Shown here: positions 10,861-20,984 of the stretch, one piece after another
How positions within the stretch are numbered: the stretch's first letter is position 1
Layout of the letters: each line of letters starts with the position of its first letter
Origin: Lama guanicoe
Lineage: Eukaryota
Assembly (NCBI GenBank): GCA_013239625.1
Contig: MU056898.1
Coordinates: 2,261,717-2,325,716, forward strand
Direction of reading: 5' to 3'
DNA length: 64,000 bases
The notes under the pieces: model-generated
Databases searched by the model: none
What the model was told of the DNA's origin: nothing
What the model saw: the letters and a program-made list of their open reading frames with translations, nothing else
Translations under genes and position numbers: made by a program

Positions 10861-13800
10861 GCGCCCCAGATGGTTGAGCTGATGGAGGAGAAACCCTTTC
10901 TGCCCGTGCTGGGCAGGGCCCCAGGGCAGACAGGACTTCCGCGTGTGTGTGTTGGTGGGGGAGGGGTGCAGAGTAGGGTGGCCAGTCCCCAGACGCGGGC
11001 CTGAGGTGGACTTGGTGCAGCTGCTGTTTCAGAGGTGACGCCGGGGAACACTGCGGGGGAGCGTGAGCGGCGGGCACAAGTGCAGGAGTAGGTAGGGTTC
11101 GTGCAGGTGTTTTGCACATTTATCCCCTATTGTTAAGAAATATCGAAACACCTTTTGTATGAATCAGGACTCCTTCGGTTGGATGTGTCAGAATCATAAG
11201 TCACTCTATTGCCTTAAGCCCAGTAGAGTGTTGTTGGTATAGTCAATGGAAAGCAATGGCTTCAGGCATGGCTGGATCTGGGCGCTTCTGGTGCTGTCAG
11301 GGCCTTTGGCCCTGCTTTCTGCTGTGCAGTTCATCCTCCCGCAGGCTGCTCTGGGCAGTGGTGAGATGGTCACCTTCAGCCAGGCTCATTCTGTAGGCAG
11401 ACAGCGCTCCTTCCCCATAGTTCCAGCGGAAGCCAGGACAGGGTTTATCCTGTTGTTTTGGGGTCATGTGGCCCTCCTTGCACGGATCTCTGTGGTCAAG
11501 GGGGAGGGGTCCTATGCCCGTCCAGGCCCTCAGTGCACTGCCTTCGCTGCACTTGCAGTGTCTCTCATGCCTGGGCCATGCGGTCTGCAGCTCACCTCTG
11601 CATCTGAGGGTGGAGACAGACGTGAAGCGCCTGACGCAGGAGTAGATCCAAGTCCCTCACCACCTGGAGCCCAGTGTGTCCTGTCAGCGTTTTCAGAGAG
11701 GCTGATCTGAACTGTCTCTTCTTGCTCCGGTTCAGGAACAGAGAGTGTTGTCTCTGGACACCAGAACTCACTTTTCTAGCTCACTCTCGACCTGGGATGG
11801 AGTAGGTTTGGAGGGTGAGGCACCCTTGGGTGAAAAGAAGCAATCGTGGGGAGCTCTGGGTGTGGAGAGGCAGGGGAACAGGTGAGCCGGCCCCAGAGGA
11901 CAAGGCTACTTGGAGAGCAGTGTGGATGTGACCAGTGAGCAGGTGGTAGCCGGGCAGGGGCCCAGGAAGGGGACCCGGTGCCCCCAGCCCCTACACACAT
12001 TCAGCACAGAGCAGAGTAAAGTCGGGTGAAGTTCAATGTTTTCACTCAGTTTCCTCTCTGTTTTAGAAATGGCAAAGCTGTGTGACCTCTCTCAGTTTAT
12101 TATAAATCTAATACCGTGAGTTTCAGTTGAGTGAGTTCACATCTTGTTGGACCCTGGGCCCGAAGTTGCCCAAAGCTGGGGAAACGTAATTGCACAGACG
12201 TGTGAGGACAGTTAATTTGTCCTCAGCAACGGCCTGACCAGCGGTGCCTTCAGTTCCAGGTCCATTTACATAAGATGCACTTGGTATTTTTAACGGGATG
12301 AAAACGTACAATTTTGCAAATGTTTATGGACTGTTAATTTGGCTGAATGCAAAATCAAATTACAGGTAATAGACTGTGTACTTCAGGGTTCCTCCTAAAG
12401 TAATTACTGGGGGGCGGTGCACAGGTTGATCCCCGTGGGCTGACTCCCCCTGACTAAGGGGGCTGGAGGTCAGGCTGCACAGGCTCCAGAACTCAAATTT
12501 CCGGTTCGGACCCCTCGAACTTGCTCCAGTGCCGAGTATTGGTGGACAAGGGGAGAGAACGGAGGGCTGGAGTGTGATGACATTTAACCTCTCAGGGGGA
12601 TGGGTGGACAGAGTGGGTGGGGGCTTGGGGTGTGGAGACTCTGGACCCGTCCGCCTGAATGACCCCCCGACCGCCACAGTCCTGTTCGACCACCAATGAC
12701 CCTGGCCCTCTAGACAGACTGTGGCCGGTGTGGTCAGACCCCTGAGTTCAAATCCACCGCACAGCAAAACCAGGGCAAGGAACCCCTGGCTTCACAAGGC
12801 CTTGAAGGTTGGGAGTGCTCTGAGGGGTCCAGGCACAGAGAACCCTGAGAAACCCCAGGCGGGCTGCTGTTTTATCAGGACGACTGTCTGCCTGGGCTCC
12901 GACTGTGCGGGGCTTGTGGGTGCAGCCAGCTGCTCTGGGAGGGACGTGCCCCAGCCCAGGGAGACCTGCATGAGCAGCAACAACTCCATCTTCTGCGCAG
13001 GAAGGCGGCCACGGACAGGCTGCACGTGCCCCTTCCCTGCTCCTCCCCTGCCGTGGGGTCTGCGCCTGTGGCCCTGTTGCTGTCATGTACACCCTCCCCC
13101 TGACCGGTTATTGTGGGGCCTCGGTCTGATGGGGGCACCCCTGAAACCCTCCCCCTCCCCAGTTCCCATTTCAGCCGTCTTCCGTCCAAGGAGACCTCGT
13201 CTCCTTTGAACGCCCTCCAGGTGGGACTAGAGCCTCGGGCACTTGACTGTTCAAAGTCCAGTCACCTTGATGCAAAGTGTCGGCTTCCCTTCTGATGGGA
13301 GATCCCCCCTCTCGCCCCCGCAGCCCCCGGACTCCAGGCTGGTGGGTGGGGGCCTTAGTGCTGCCCCCTTCCTCTCCCTTCACGGGCTCCCGGGTGGGAG
13401 GCACTGCCATGGGGTTGGTCTCCCAGTCTGTTGCGGGGCCTCCTCCCCTGTCCCGGGCACCATGCAGTGAGAGCGGATGGGCCTCCCTCCCGCTCACCCT
13501 CGGGGCCCCAAGGAGAAGCCAGCCCCCTCTGTACCCCACAGACTAGAGGACACGGGGGCTTCCCTGAGTGCCCCCAAAGCCTCTTAGATTTGAAGGTTAC
13601 CAGAAGCTCCGAAATCCGCGCGGCCAGGAAGGGGGTCTCATCGAAGCTGGTCAAGGGTCTGGGTGGGAAGCGCTCACCCCACACGGAACACACCCACGGA
13701 GGGCAGACTGGGAGGCGCAGGCCTAGGGGCCAGGGGGCCCAGGCGGGCTGGCAAAGACGGGGGCCTGAGGGGTGGGAGGAGAGAGGGGGCCCCTGTGTGC

Positions 13801-16800
13801 CCAGTGCCGGGGCCCCCGGCCCTCAGGCCGGCCTGAGGGGCTTGCTTTCAGCTCATGCTCTGGGGAGAAACAGGCCTGTCTGGGCTCCTAATGTAGGATG
13901 TTTATGCGGAGGAGTCCAGGGTCCTGGCGTCGAGATAAACTCGGTCCTGCTGGGTCTGCACCCACACAGCCGGAGCCGGCCCCGCGGGAGGCGGGACCAG
14001 AGGAGTTTCAGAGGCAGCCCAGCCCCCGGGGTGGTGACTGGGGGTGCCTCTGCTCCCAGCCCAGTGCAGCACCGAGCACCTCACTTCACATGGAGAAACC
14101 AAGGCAAAGGAGGAGCCCTGCTCGACTCCTGAGCAGGAGGCCCTGTGGACGCAGGTTGGGGGAGGAGTCCTGCTCTTCGGGAGGGAGGAAGCTGGCAGTG
14201 CCCAGAGGCAGAGGGCAGGGTCCCAGGGGAGGAGCAGGGGTCTAGGGGCTGCTTCAGGAGGGGAGGTGCCCAGAGGACTGCCTGCCTGGGAGACCGATTT
14301 CCATGGGGCACCTTCAGCCAGGCAATGCCCCTCCATCCCTTCCTGCTGGGTCCTGGTGCCCTGGAGCAGGGGATAGGGCGTAGGGGGCATGAGACAGGAC
14401 ACAGACCTGGTCCAGTGCCACCGGTCCAGCCCGTGACGTCTCAGCTAAGCCCCAGCATGTGTGCAGGCCTGTGTTGGGTAAAGAACCCCAGGCTCTAGTA
14501 GGCAAGTGAGCAGTCTGAGGGTACACAGCTGGCAAGACCCCCAGCCTGGTGTCCCCCACACTCCTGCCCAGGGAGGCCAGGACTGTGGCATGTTGAGGGC
14601 CACTCTAGGGCAGCCAGCCAAGGCCTGGTTGATGCCAAGGAGGGCTGGTGCTGAGGGGGCTCCAGAAGACCCCTCCCACCTCCTTGCAGCATCCTCACCA
14701 GCTGTGCCCACCAGCTGCCCTGCCTCTGGGTCTTGGGTCCCTGAACTCTGTTTCATGAGCTCAGGATGGGGCAGGTCAGGGAGAAATGCTTGGGGATAAG
14801 ACCAGGAGTCCTGTGGTGTGTGCTCAAGCAAGTCAGCCGGCATGGAGGCCACATTAACCAAGGCTAAGCACCAAAACATGGGAGGTGATTGCCCTGCAGG
14901 AGTTCCATGTGTCAGAAAGAACAGGCAAATGCAGGAGAGGAAAGAATGTGAAGAGAAATGAAGCCAAGCCCTTACTCTGCTGCCCGGAGGAGGACCAGGG
15001 GCCAATGGGCAGCAGGTCCAGGAGTCCTGTTCAGCTGGTAGAGGGACGTGTCTGAGCACGGCACTGTCAGCTGAGGGAGGCCCCTCTGGGGGGACACAGG
15101 GATGCACTGCCCCAGAGTCAGAAACGGGGCAGAGGAGGGACCCCTCCCCTACAGCCAGGCTGCACTCACAGACCCACTCGTGCCCCCATCCTGCGGCTCC
15201 ATCCCTCCCCAGGGAGGCTGGGTGAGGAGGATCCCCCATGCTGCCCCTCTTTCACCCTTGAGCACCGTGCTTGGCCCAGCTGCTGGGAACAGGGACACCC
15301 CACAGTCTGCAGGCTGGACGCTGCCCAGCCTGGATCTCACGCTGCACGATGGAGATTTCTCGCTTCACTGAACTTCCACGTGCAGCCTCCCAACTTTGTT
15401 AATGGAAACCTGTGATCCGTGACGCGTGTGGCAGACATCTGCTCGGGGTGATGTTGTGGTGATGTACGTATCGGTGATCAATCAGCGGATTTGCGGGAGA
15501 GGTACAGAGTATTTAATTATAATTGCGTTGGGCAGGTGTGCGTGGTGGAGGCGACATTTGAATAGGTCAGACCAGCCCTCACCCTGCTGTGTTGTTTGCT
15601 ATTAAATGCCATTCACTCTGAGGGCCGGGAGCCTTTCCCAAGTCGCAGGATATCACATGCTGGCAAATTGAAAATGTCCCTCTGCTTTTAAAAACATGAT
15701 TGATATCCTTTGCAAAACAAATACTACACGTCACAGCACACAGATCTCACCGCCTGGTGCCGCCCCTTGGCTCTGGCGACGTCTGCGCGGGACCTTGCGC
15801 ATCAGTCGCCTCGTCTCCCTGCAAGGCTGGCACCTCCACAGATTGTCCTACTCACGGCAAAGAGTCTTCCTGTCTCAGTGAGGCTTCGATCACCAGAAGG
15901 AAACGCAGAAAGAGAACTCAAAATGCAAACTTTATTTGCTCGGTCGGTAGCAGAAAAATACATCTTCAGATACTCTGTGTGCCGAATGCTTACATCTAGA
16001 ACCTCTGTTGTATCACCGTCTGGTTAATATATGGTATAACTTAAAACGAGGCTTTCAGCACACCTGACAAAGGGCTGTAAAGAGCAGGAACGAGGCAGAC
16101 ACCCCACTCGCCCAGGATGCATGGGCACAGCCACGCCCGGAGGAGGCCACGTGCTAGCAGCCTGACCCCAGAGCCAGAGGACTGCGCCCTAGACCTGGGC
16201 CTGTGGCACGGCAGGTCCCGATCTGTCAAGTGGGGTGAGGAGCCCAGCACCCCCTCCCCGGGCTGGCGTGCTGGCGGGAGACGCCTGGCATCCGGGGCCC
16301 AGCTCCGTGCCTGGCTGGCAGCGAGCACCCACAGACACTGGCCGCTCTGGGTGCCTGCAAAGGCTAAGTGGCCTCTGTGTTACGTACGGGCCCTTGTCCT
16401 CTCCTCAGGCAGAGGCTGCAGTTGTCGGCCTGGCCGGCCCAAGGGGGCGCTGGTGGCAGGAGTGGATGTCTCACAACAGTGCCCGTCTCTGGAGTTGGGG
16501 CCACACACTTCTTACCCTCCCCCCTCTTCTCAAAGCAACTCACAGGGTGGGTGAAGGAAGCAACAGTGCGATTTAAGGAGATGCCTGGCCTTGTGAATGG
16601 GAAATGCAGCCAAGTGTGAATGCGTCCCTTGCACGATTCAGTCCGTCTCATCTACCCCAGCCCCAGCTTCTTCATTCCGACAAAACAAGACTGTAATTCC
16701 TCGTCGAGACAGCAGCCTCCGTGGGTGTGTTTTTGTCATTTACAAAATTAGCCAATCATTGTCACCTAGTGAATCAGATTAGGTGTAATCCATACTAATG

Positions 16801-17363
16801 TTCAAATTAAGTCATGGAAAGCAATTAACTCTGCAAAACTGGGCTGGTGAAAAATGGTAAGGTTGGTCAAATAGTCTCACTGTGCATAATTGTGTTTTTT
16901 TAAATGCCCATCTCCACAAGTAATTAAATCATTTACATTTCAAATGGAGTGTGCGCACCTCCAAAGCTTGTAACTGTGCACTTCCTAATTGCACACTTCG
17001 CAGCGTAGCAGGGATTTATCAGCTGCCTGCTACCCGATGTCTGTTTTCTCAGGAACCTGCTGGATGCAACGTGCATGAGTAGGGCTTACTCCCTGCTCAG
17101 AAGAATAAAGAAAAGTGTGCTTTGCCCCAACGCCAGCCCACGGTTGGGCCCCCCTCCCTTCCCCACTCCCACCGTTCCCTTCTTCCTTCCTCCCTTCCTG
17201 TATAAAAAAGTCCATGGATTTTTTTTAAACAATCATCAAATATTCTCCCCACAACCCAAGATGCATTTGTCACTGTCAGTCACATCGTACACAACAGGGA
17301 CACAGTTAAAAAGCTTGGGCAACATTCACAGGATCAATGAGGAGCTGGCTTGACCGTCTGCAC

Positions 17364-17369
17364 TTTATT
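17364..17369 (-). terminator. Probable FOXL3 polyadenylation signal AATAAA
   Basis: First tttatt on the + strand downstream of the FOXL3 stop (about 325 nt). Confidence 0.65.
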
Positions 17370-17692
17370 GTTGCCATTTTTGGCTGGAGAAGGGGGTGCG
17401 GTAGGTGCCTGTTGACTTCACTGCCTGTGCACTCAGCTGACTGGCAGCTTCCGGGTGTGGCTAAGCGGCAAGATTTCCAGCGTGGCTCTGAGTAAAAGTG
17501 ACCCTCACACCCCTTTCACGAGGTCACCCTCTTTCCCTCCCACCCAGCTGCTTTCGGCACCGAGCCCGAGTCTGTGGAAGTTTGTAGGACGCGGCGAAAC
17601 CTCACTTCTCCACTCAACGTGGGGCTGAAATCACCCCGGAGGCCCCCGGCTGCTTGGGCGCCAGCCCTGCAGGGGGCTGGCCTCAGCCCCGC

Positions 17693-18070
17693 TCACACTG
17701 TCCAGAGGTGGAGGTGCCTCTGCTGGGCCTCCGGCCGGGGGCGTGCGCCCTCCTGCGCGCAGGGCGGCTTGAGCCCAGGAACGGGGTCGGGGGCGGAGAG
17801 GATGTAGTCGATGCTGAACCTGAGGTCCCTGTGCTCCGCCCTCCCGGGGACCGGGGGCTCCTGCGCGCTGGCGCTGGCGGGCTCGGGGGCTCCCGGGGGC
17901 CCCTCGGCGTCCGCCACGCGAGCTCCTCTGGGCCCCTCGCGCTTGGGGCCGCGGCGCCGCCGCCGGCGCCGGAAGTTGCCGTTCTCGAAGAGGTCTAGCA
18001 GCGACTCGCAGCCGCCGGCGAACGTCCAGTAGCTGCCTTTGCCCTTCGCGTGGCCCTCTGTCCGCGGCAC
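17693..18070 (-). CDS. FOXL3: FOXL3 coding exon 3 (forkhead wings, NLS, eh1, stop)
   Basis: Acceptor gcacag|GTGCCG; TGA at 17693-17695; 378 nt. Confidence 0.95.
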   Translation of the reverse strand: MPRTEGHAKGKGSYWTFAGGCESLLDLFENGNFRRRRRRRGPKREGPRGARVADAEGPPGAPEPASASAQEPPVPGRAEHRDLRFSIDYILSAPDPVPGLKPPCAQEGARPRPEAQQRHLHLWTV

Positions 18071-18936
18071 CTGTGCGAGCGAGCGCGGGGCTCAGCGCCG
18101 GGCTGTCTCCCAGCCCGAGCCGCGTGGGGCGTCAGGGTGAGCCCTGGACAGCCCTGAAATGACGCCTCGGCCTGGGGCTGAGCAGCTGGAGGCCGACCAG
18201 TTTGCTAAGACTGAATGTTCCAAAAACCGCCGTGCAAATGCCACCTCCCCCCACAGCTCAGGGATGACTCGGCCCAGGTGTCACTAGACCAGGGGCGCCC
18301 AGAGGCTGCTCCGGGGGGCGGGGGGGGCTCACCTTGACGAAGCAGCTGTTGAGGGACAGGTTGTGGCGGATGGAGTTCTGCCAGGCGCGCTGGTTGGCGC
18401 GGTAATAGGGGAACTTGCGCATGATGAAGTCGTAGATGCCGGCCAGGGTCACCCTGCCCGCCGGGCTCTGCTGAATGGCCATGGCGATCAGCGCGATGTA
18501 GCTGCGGACAGGGGCGCTCAGGCCACGCGGCGCGGAGGGAGGGCTGCCCAGAGCGCGGCTGGAGTTCCCCCTCGCCCGCGCCCTCGCGTCAGCCCGTCCC
18601 GCGCTGGCGCTTCCGCGGGGACCCTCTCTTCTCTCCCCTCCCCCAGGGCGCCCTGGGGTGTTGGAGGTGGACGGCGGGAAGGCATTACTTAGGTCGGGGA
18701 CACCTTGCACCTGGGGGCTTCCCCCCACCCCGGGGAGGCTGGGTCCCTCGTCCCAGTCCCAGGCAGGTCCTGGCCCCTCGCGGAGGAGGGTCGCCGGCCC
18801 CCGCGGCTCCGCCCCAGCCCCGCGGTCACCTGTACGCGGGCCGTGTGAGCCGCTGCTCTTCGTCGGAGCTGCCCGCCGGGTAGTCGTCGGCGTCGTAATT
18901 GAAGCAATTGTAGGGATACTGCGAGCTGTCAAACAT
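17693..18936 (-). CDS. FOXL3: Forkhead box protein L3, complete spliced CDS: join 18830-18936, 18333-18501, 17693-18070 (654 nt, 217 aa)
   Basis: [23 protein letters not shown]-terminus; forkhead domain [14 protein letters not shown]...[20 protein letters not shown]...GKGSYW; basic NLS-like RRRRRRR; eh1 FSIDYIL; all junctions GT-AG and in phase; lies downstream of FAM20C on the same strand, as in human. Confidence 0.95.
18333..18501 (-). CDS. FOXL3: FOXL3 coding exon 2 (forkhead helices 1-3)
   Basis: Acceptor ccgcag|CTAC, donor GTCAAG|gtgagc; 169 nt. Confidence 0.95.
18830..18936 (-). CDS. FOXL3: FOXL3 coding exon 1
   Basis: ATG at 18934-18936; donor TACAG|gtgacc; 107 nt. Confidence 0.93.
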
Positions 18937-18951
18937 CCTGAGGGGCCCCCT

Positions 18952-18999
18952 CCGCCGCCGCTGCTGCTGCTGCCGCCGCCGCCGCCGCCGCCTCCTCCG
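18952..18999 (-). repeat. Compound triplet repeat CGG(AGG)2(CGG)6(CAG)4(CGG)3 in the FOXL3 5' leader
   Basis: Read directly: 16 consecutive triplets ending 15 nt before the ATG. Confidence 0.95.
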
Positions 19000-19374
19000 C
19001 GCCGCCCGCCGGCCCTCCAGGTCTGTGCGGAGGTTCTCTCGGGCGCGGACGAGCGGCGCGTGCACTGCGGGCTGCTCTCTGCCGGAGCTGGGAACCTAGC
19101 CTCCTGGGGTCCTCCCGCCCGCCCCCACCTGGTCCTCTCGCATCCAATCCCGGCGTGGGGGGGGGGGGCCCTGTCGCCGGTGAAGCGGCCGAGGGGAGCT
19201 GAACGGGCTCTTGGTGACCCTCTGACTGGCCTCGGGAGGAGGGAGCGGGGAGCGGCGCGCTGGGTGGTCCAGCGGGCGGGGCCCCGCAGCGCCGGGCGGG
19301 TGGGGGCAGGAGGGAAGTGCGGGCTGTGAAAGGCAGCGTGAGGGTGGGCGCGGGGGGGAGGGTCCCCCAGAGTT

Positions 19375-19490
19375 TTGTGAGATATCACCGCTGCGGGGAA
19401 CGGTACAGGATACAGGGGTTCTCTCTGGATTATTTCTTACAACTGGGTGGAATCTACAATTATCTCGGAATAAAAAGTTTAATTAAAAAT
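19375..19490 (+). mobile_element. L1MC/MD-like 3' end bordering the FOXL3 CpG island
   Basis: ttatttcttacaactgggtggaatctacaattatctcggaataaaaagtttaa. Confidence 0.6.
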
Positions 19491-20699
19491 TCACGGATGG
19501 TCTTGGAGACCCTCTCTCCCCGCCCCTTCGTCTTCCGGTTATGGGGCTGAAGCTGTGAGAGGCAGTCAGAGGACAGAGCAGTCTGGGCGCTGGGTCTCAG
19601 GTCAGCACCGCAGGGAGAGAGGTCCCCGCCTTGGTCTGGGCCTTTCTGAGCTGTGCTGCCCACACCTGCGCCCCTGCGGGCTGGGTCCTGCCCTCCTCCT
19701 CTCTCTCCACTTCCTTTGTCAAGCCCAGGTTCTGGGGTCGCCCCCACCCGGAGCCCCACAGTCAGGCAGAAGCAGAGGAGAGGGGGCTGGCGCTGTGAAG
19801 CCCCAGGACGCCTGTCCCAGCCGGTGAGGTCTGCGGCTTCTGTGCCCCTGGGGGCTGAAGATGAGGACGCTGGTCCCTTGTCAGATACACGATTACAAAT
19901 GCAAACAAGGGCTGCTACTTCCCTCCAGCCGTCTGTGTCTCAGTGAAGGCCGCTGTGGCCAACCCGAGCGCAGATCTGCACAGTCACAGCTTTCTTGGAT
20001 CCATCAGAGAACTAAGGGGCAAGGCCACACCCCAAACCCAGGGGAGTGGACCCAGGACCTATCCAAGTGCTCGCTCACCTGCGGCAGGGCCCAGGGACGC
20101 GGGTTGGGTGCGGTGAATGCTAACGCCTTGTTCAAGGCCACGCGAGGGCCCGCGGGAGAGCCCGGACCCCTGGAACAGGTGGAAGGATGGCAGGCTTGTC
20201 CATGACCTTGCTGAACACTCAGGAGGAAAAGATGGAGCAGGTGACAGTCTGGAGGGGCCTCCTGCAGGCCAGGCCTAGGGGCGGGGTCTAGAACAAACCT
20301 GAATCCGCCCAGGGAAGGTGGGAGCCAGCTGGTGCCTCATCCCAGAGATGCTGCAGGTCCTAAGACAGGGTCTTGGGGTGTGGTGCTGGGAGCTTCTGAA
20401 GCATTAAAGGAAGGAGCCTGAAGAACGGATAGTGGAGGAAACAGCTCAAGTTACTTATTTCTTTAATTGAATAGAAAATGAAGGCTGACCGGTTAGAGAA
20501 CCTTTTTGAATGTGTTTTGGTTTCTTGGAGTTCTGAAACGTGTGCTTGAGTTACTTCTGAAAAATCACTTCCAATTTAGCACCTGGCAATGAGAAAGTAA
20601 GCTTCTCCGATCTTTAGCGAAAAATTCCCTGAAAATACCACTGGTCACAGCAGCATCAGCTACAAGCACAGGCCAGCAGTTTTCTGAGGTTTTTCACAT

Positions 20700-20820
20700 T
20701 TTTTCAGGACAATCCTGTGAGTCAGGACGACTGTTTATTCCCATTTGCAGGAACAGAGAGGGTGACCAGCTCACCCAGCATCACAGCACTGGGATGGAGC
20801 AGATTTGCACCCAGACCCTT
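20700..20820. mobile_element. MIR SINE fragment
   Basis: acaatcctgtgag...ttattcccatttgcag...cagctcacccagcatcacagc...gatttgcacccag MIR core; similar relics near 7660, 33650, 45300 and 56240. Confidence 0.55.
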
Positions 20821-20984
20821 CAGGAAAGAACTAGCCACTACTCACATGCTGGTATATACTCCCCAAATTTTGGAGTGTGGGCACCATTTGCCAAACTGCT
20901 AATACATCAAAAATTTGATTTTTAATGTCTACAGAATACTGAATGCGTCGGGGTTTGTTTACAGACCGTACGTGGTGTTACCTG

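Larger units (their letters stand above)
17560..19370. promoter_or_regulatory. CpG island covering FOXL3 and its promoter (CCAAT at 19144-19148, several GC boxes)
   Basis: Very high GC and CpG density by eye; ccaat and ccgccc/gggcgg motifs 5' of the start codon. Confidence 0.85.

Noticed and set aside
11246-11710. 154-aa ATG ORF with hydrophobic N-terminus
   Set aside because: Overlaps what looks like an old MLT1-type LTR relic; no domain or splice support.
18258-19388. 376-aa minus-strand ORF containing part of the forkhead domain
   Set aside because: It starts at GTG and reads through the promoter and intron 1 in the exon-2 frame, with no ATG before the domain. Explained by stop-poor CpG-island sequence; the spliced FOXL3 model fits better.
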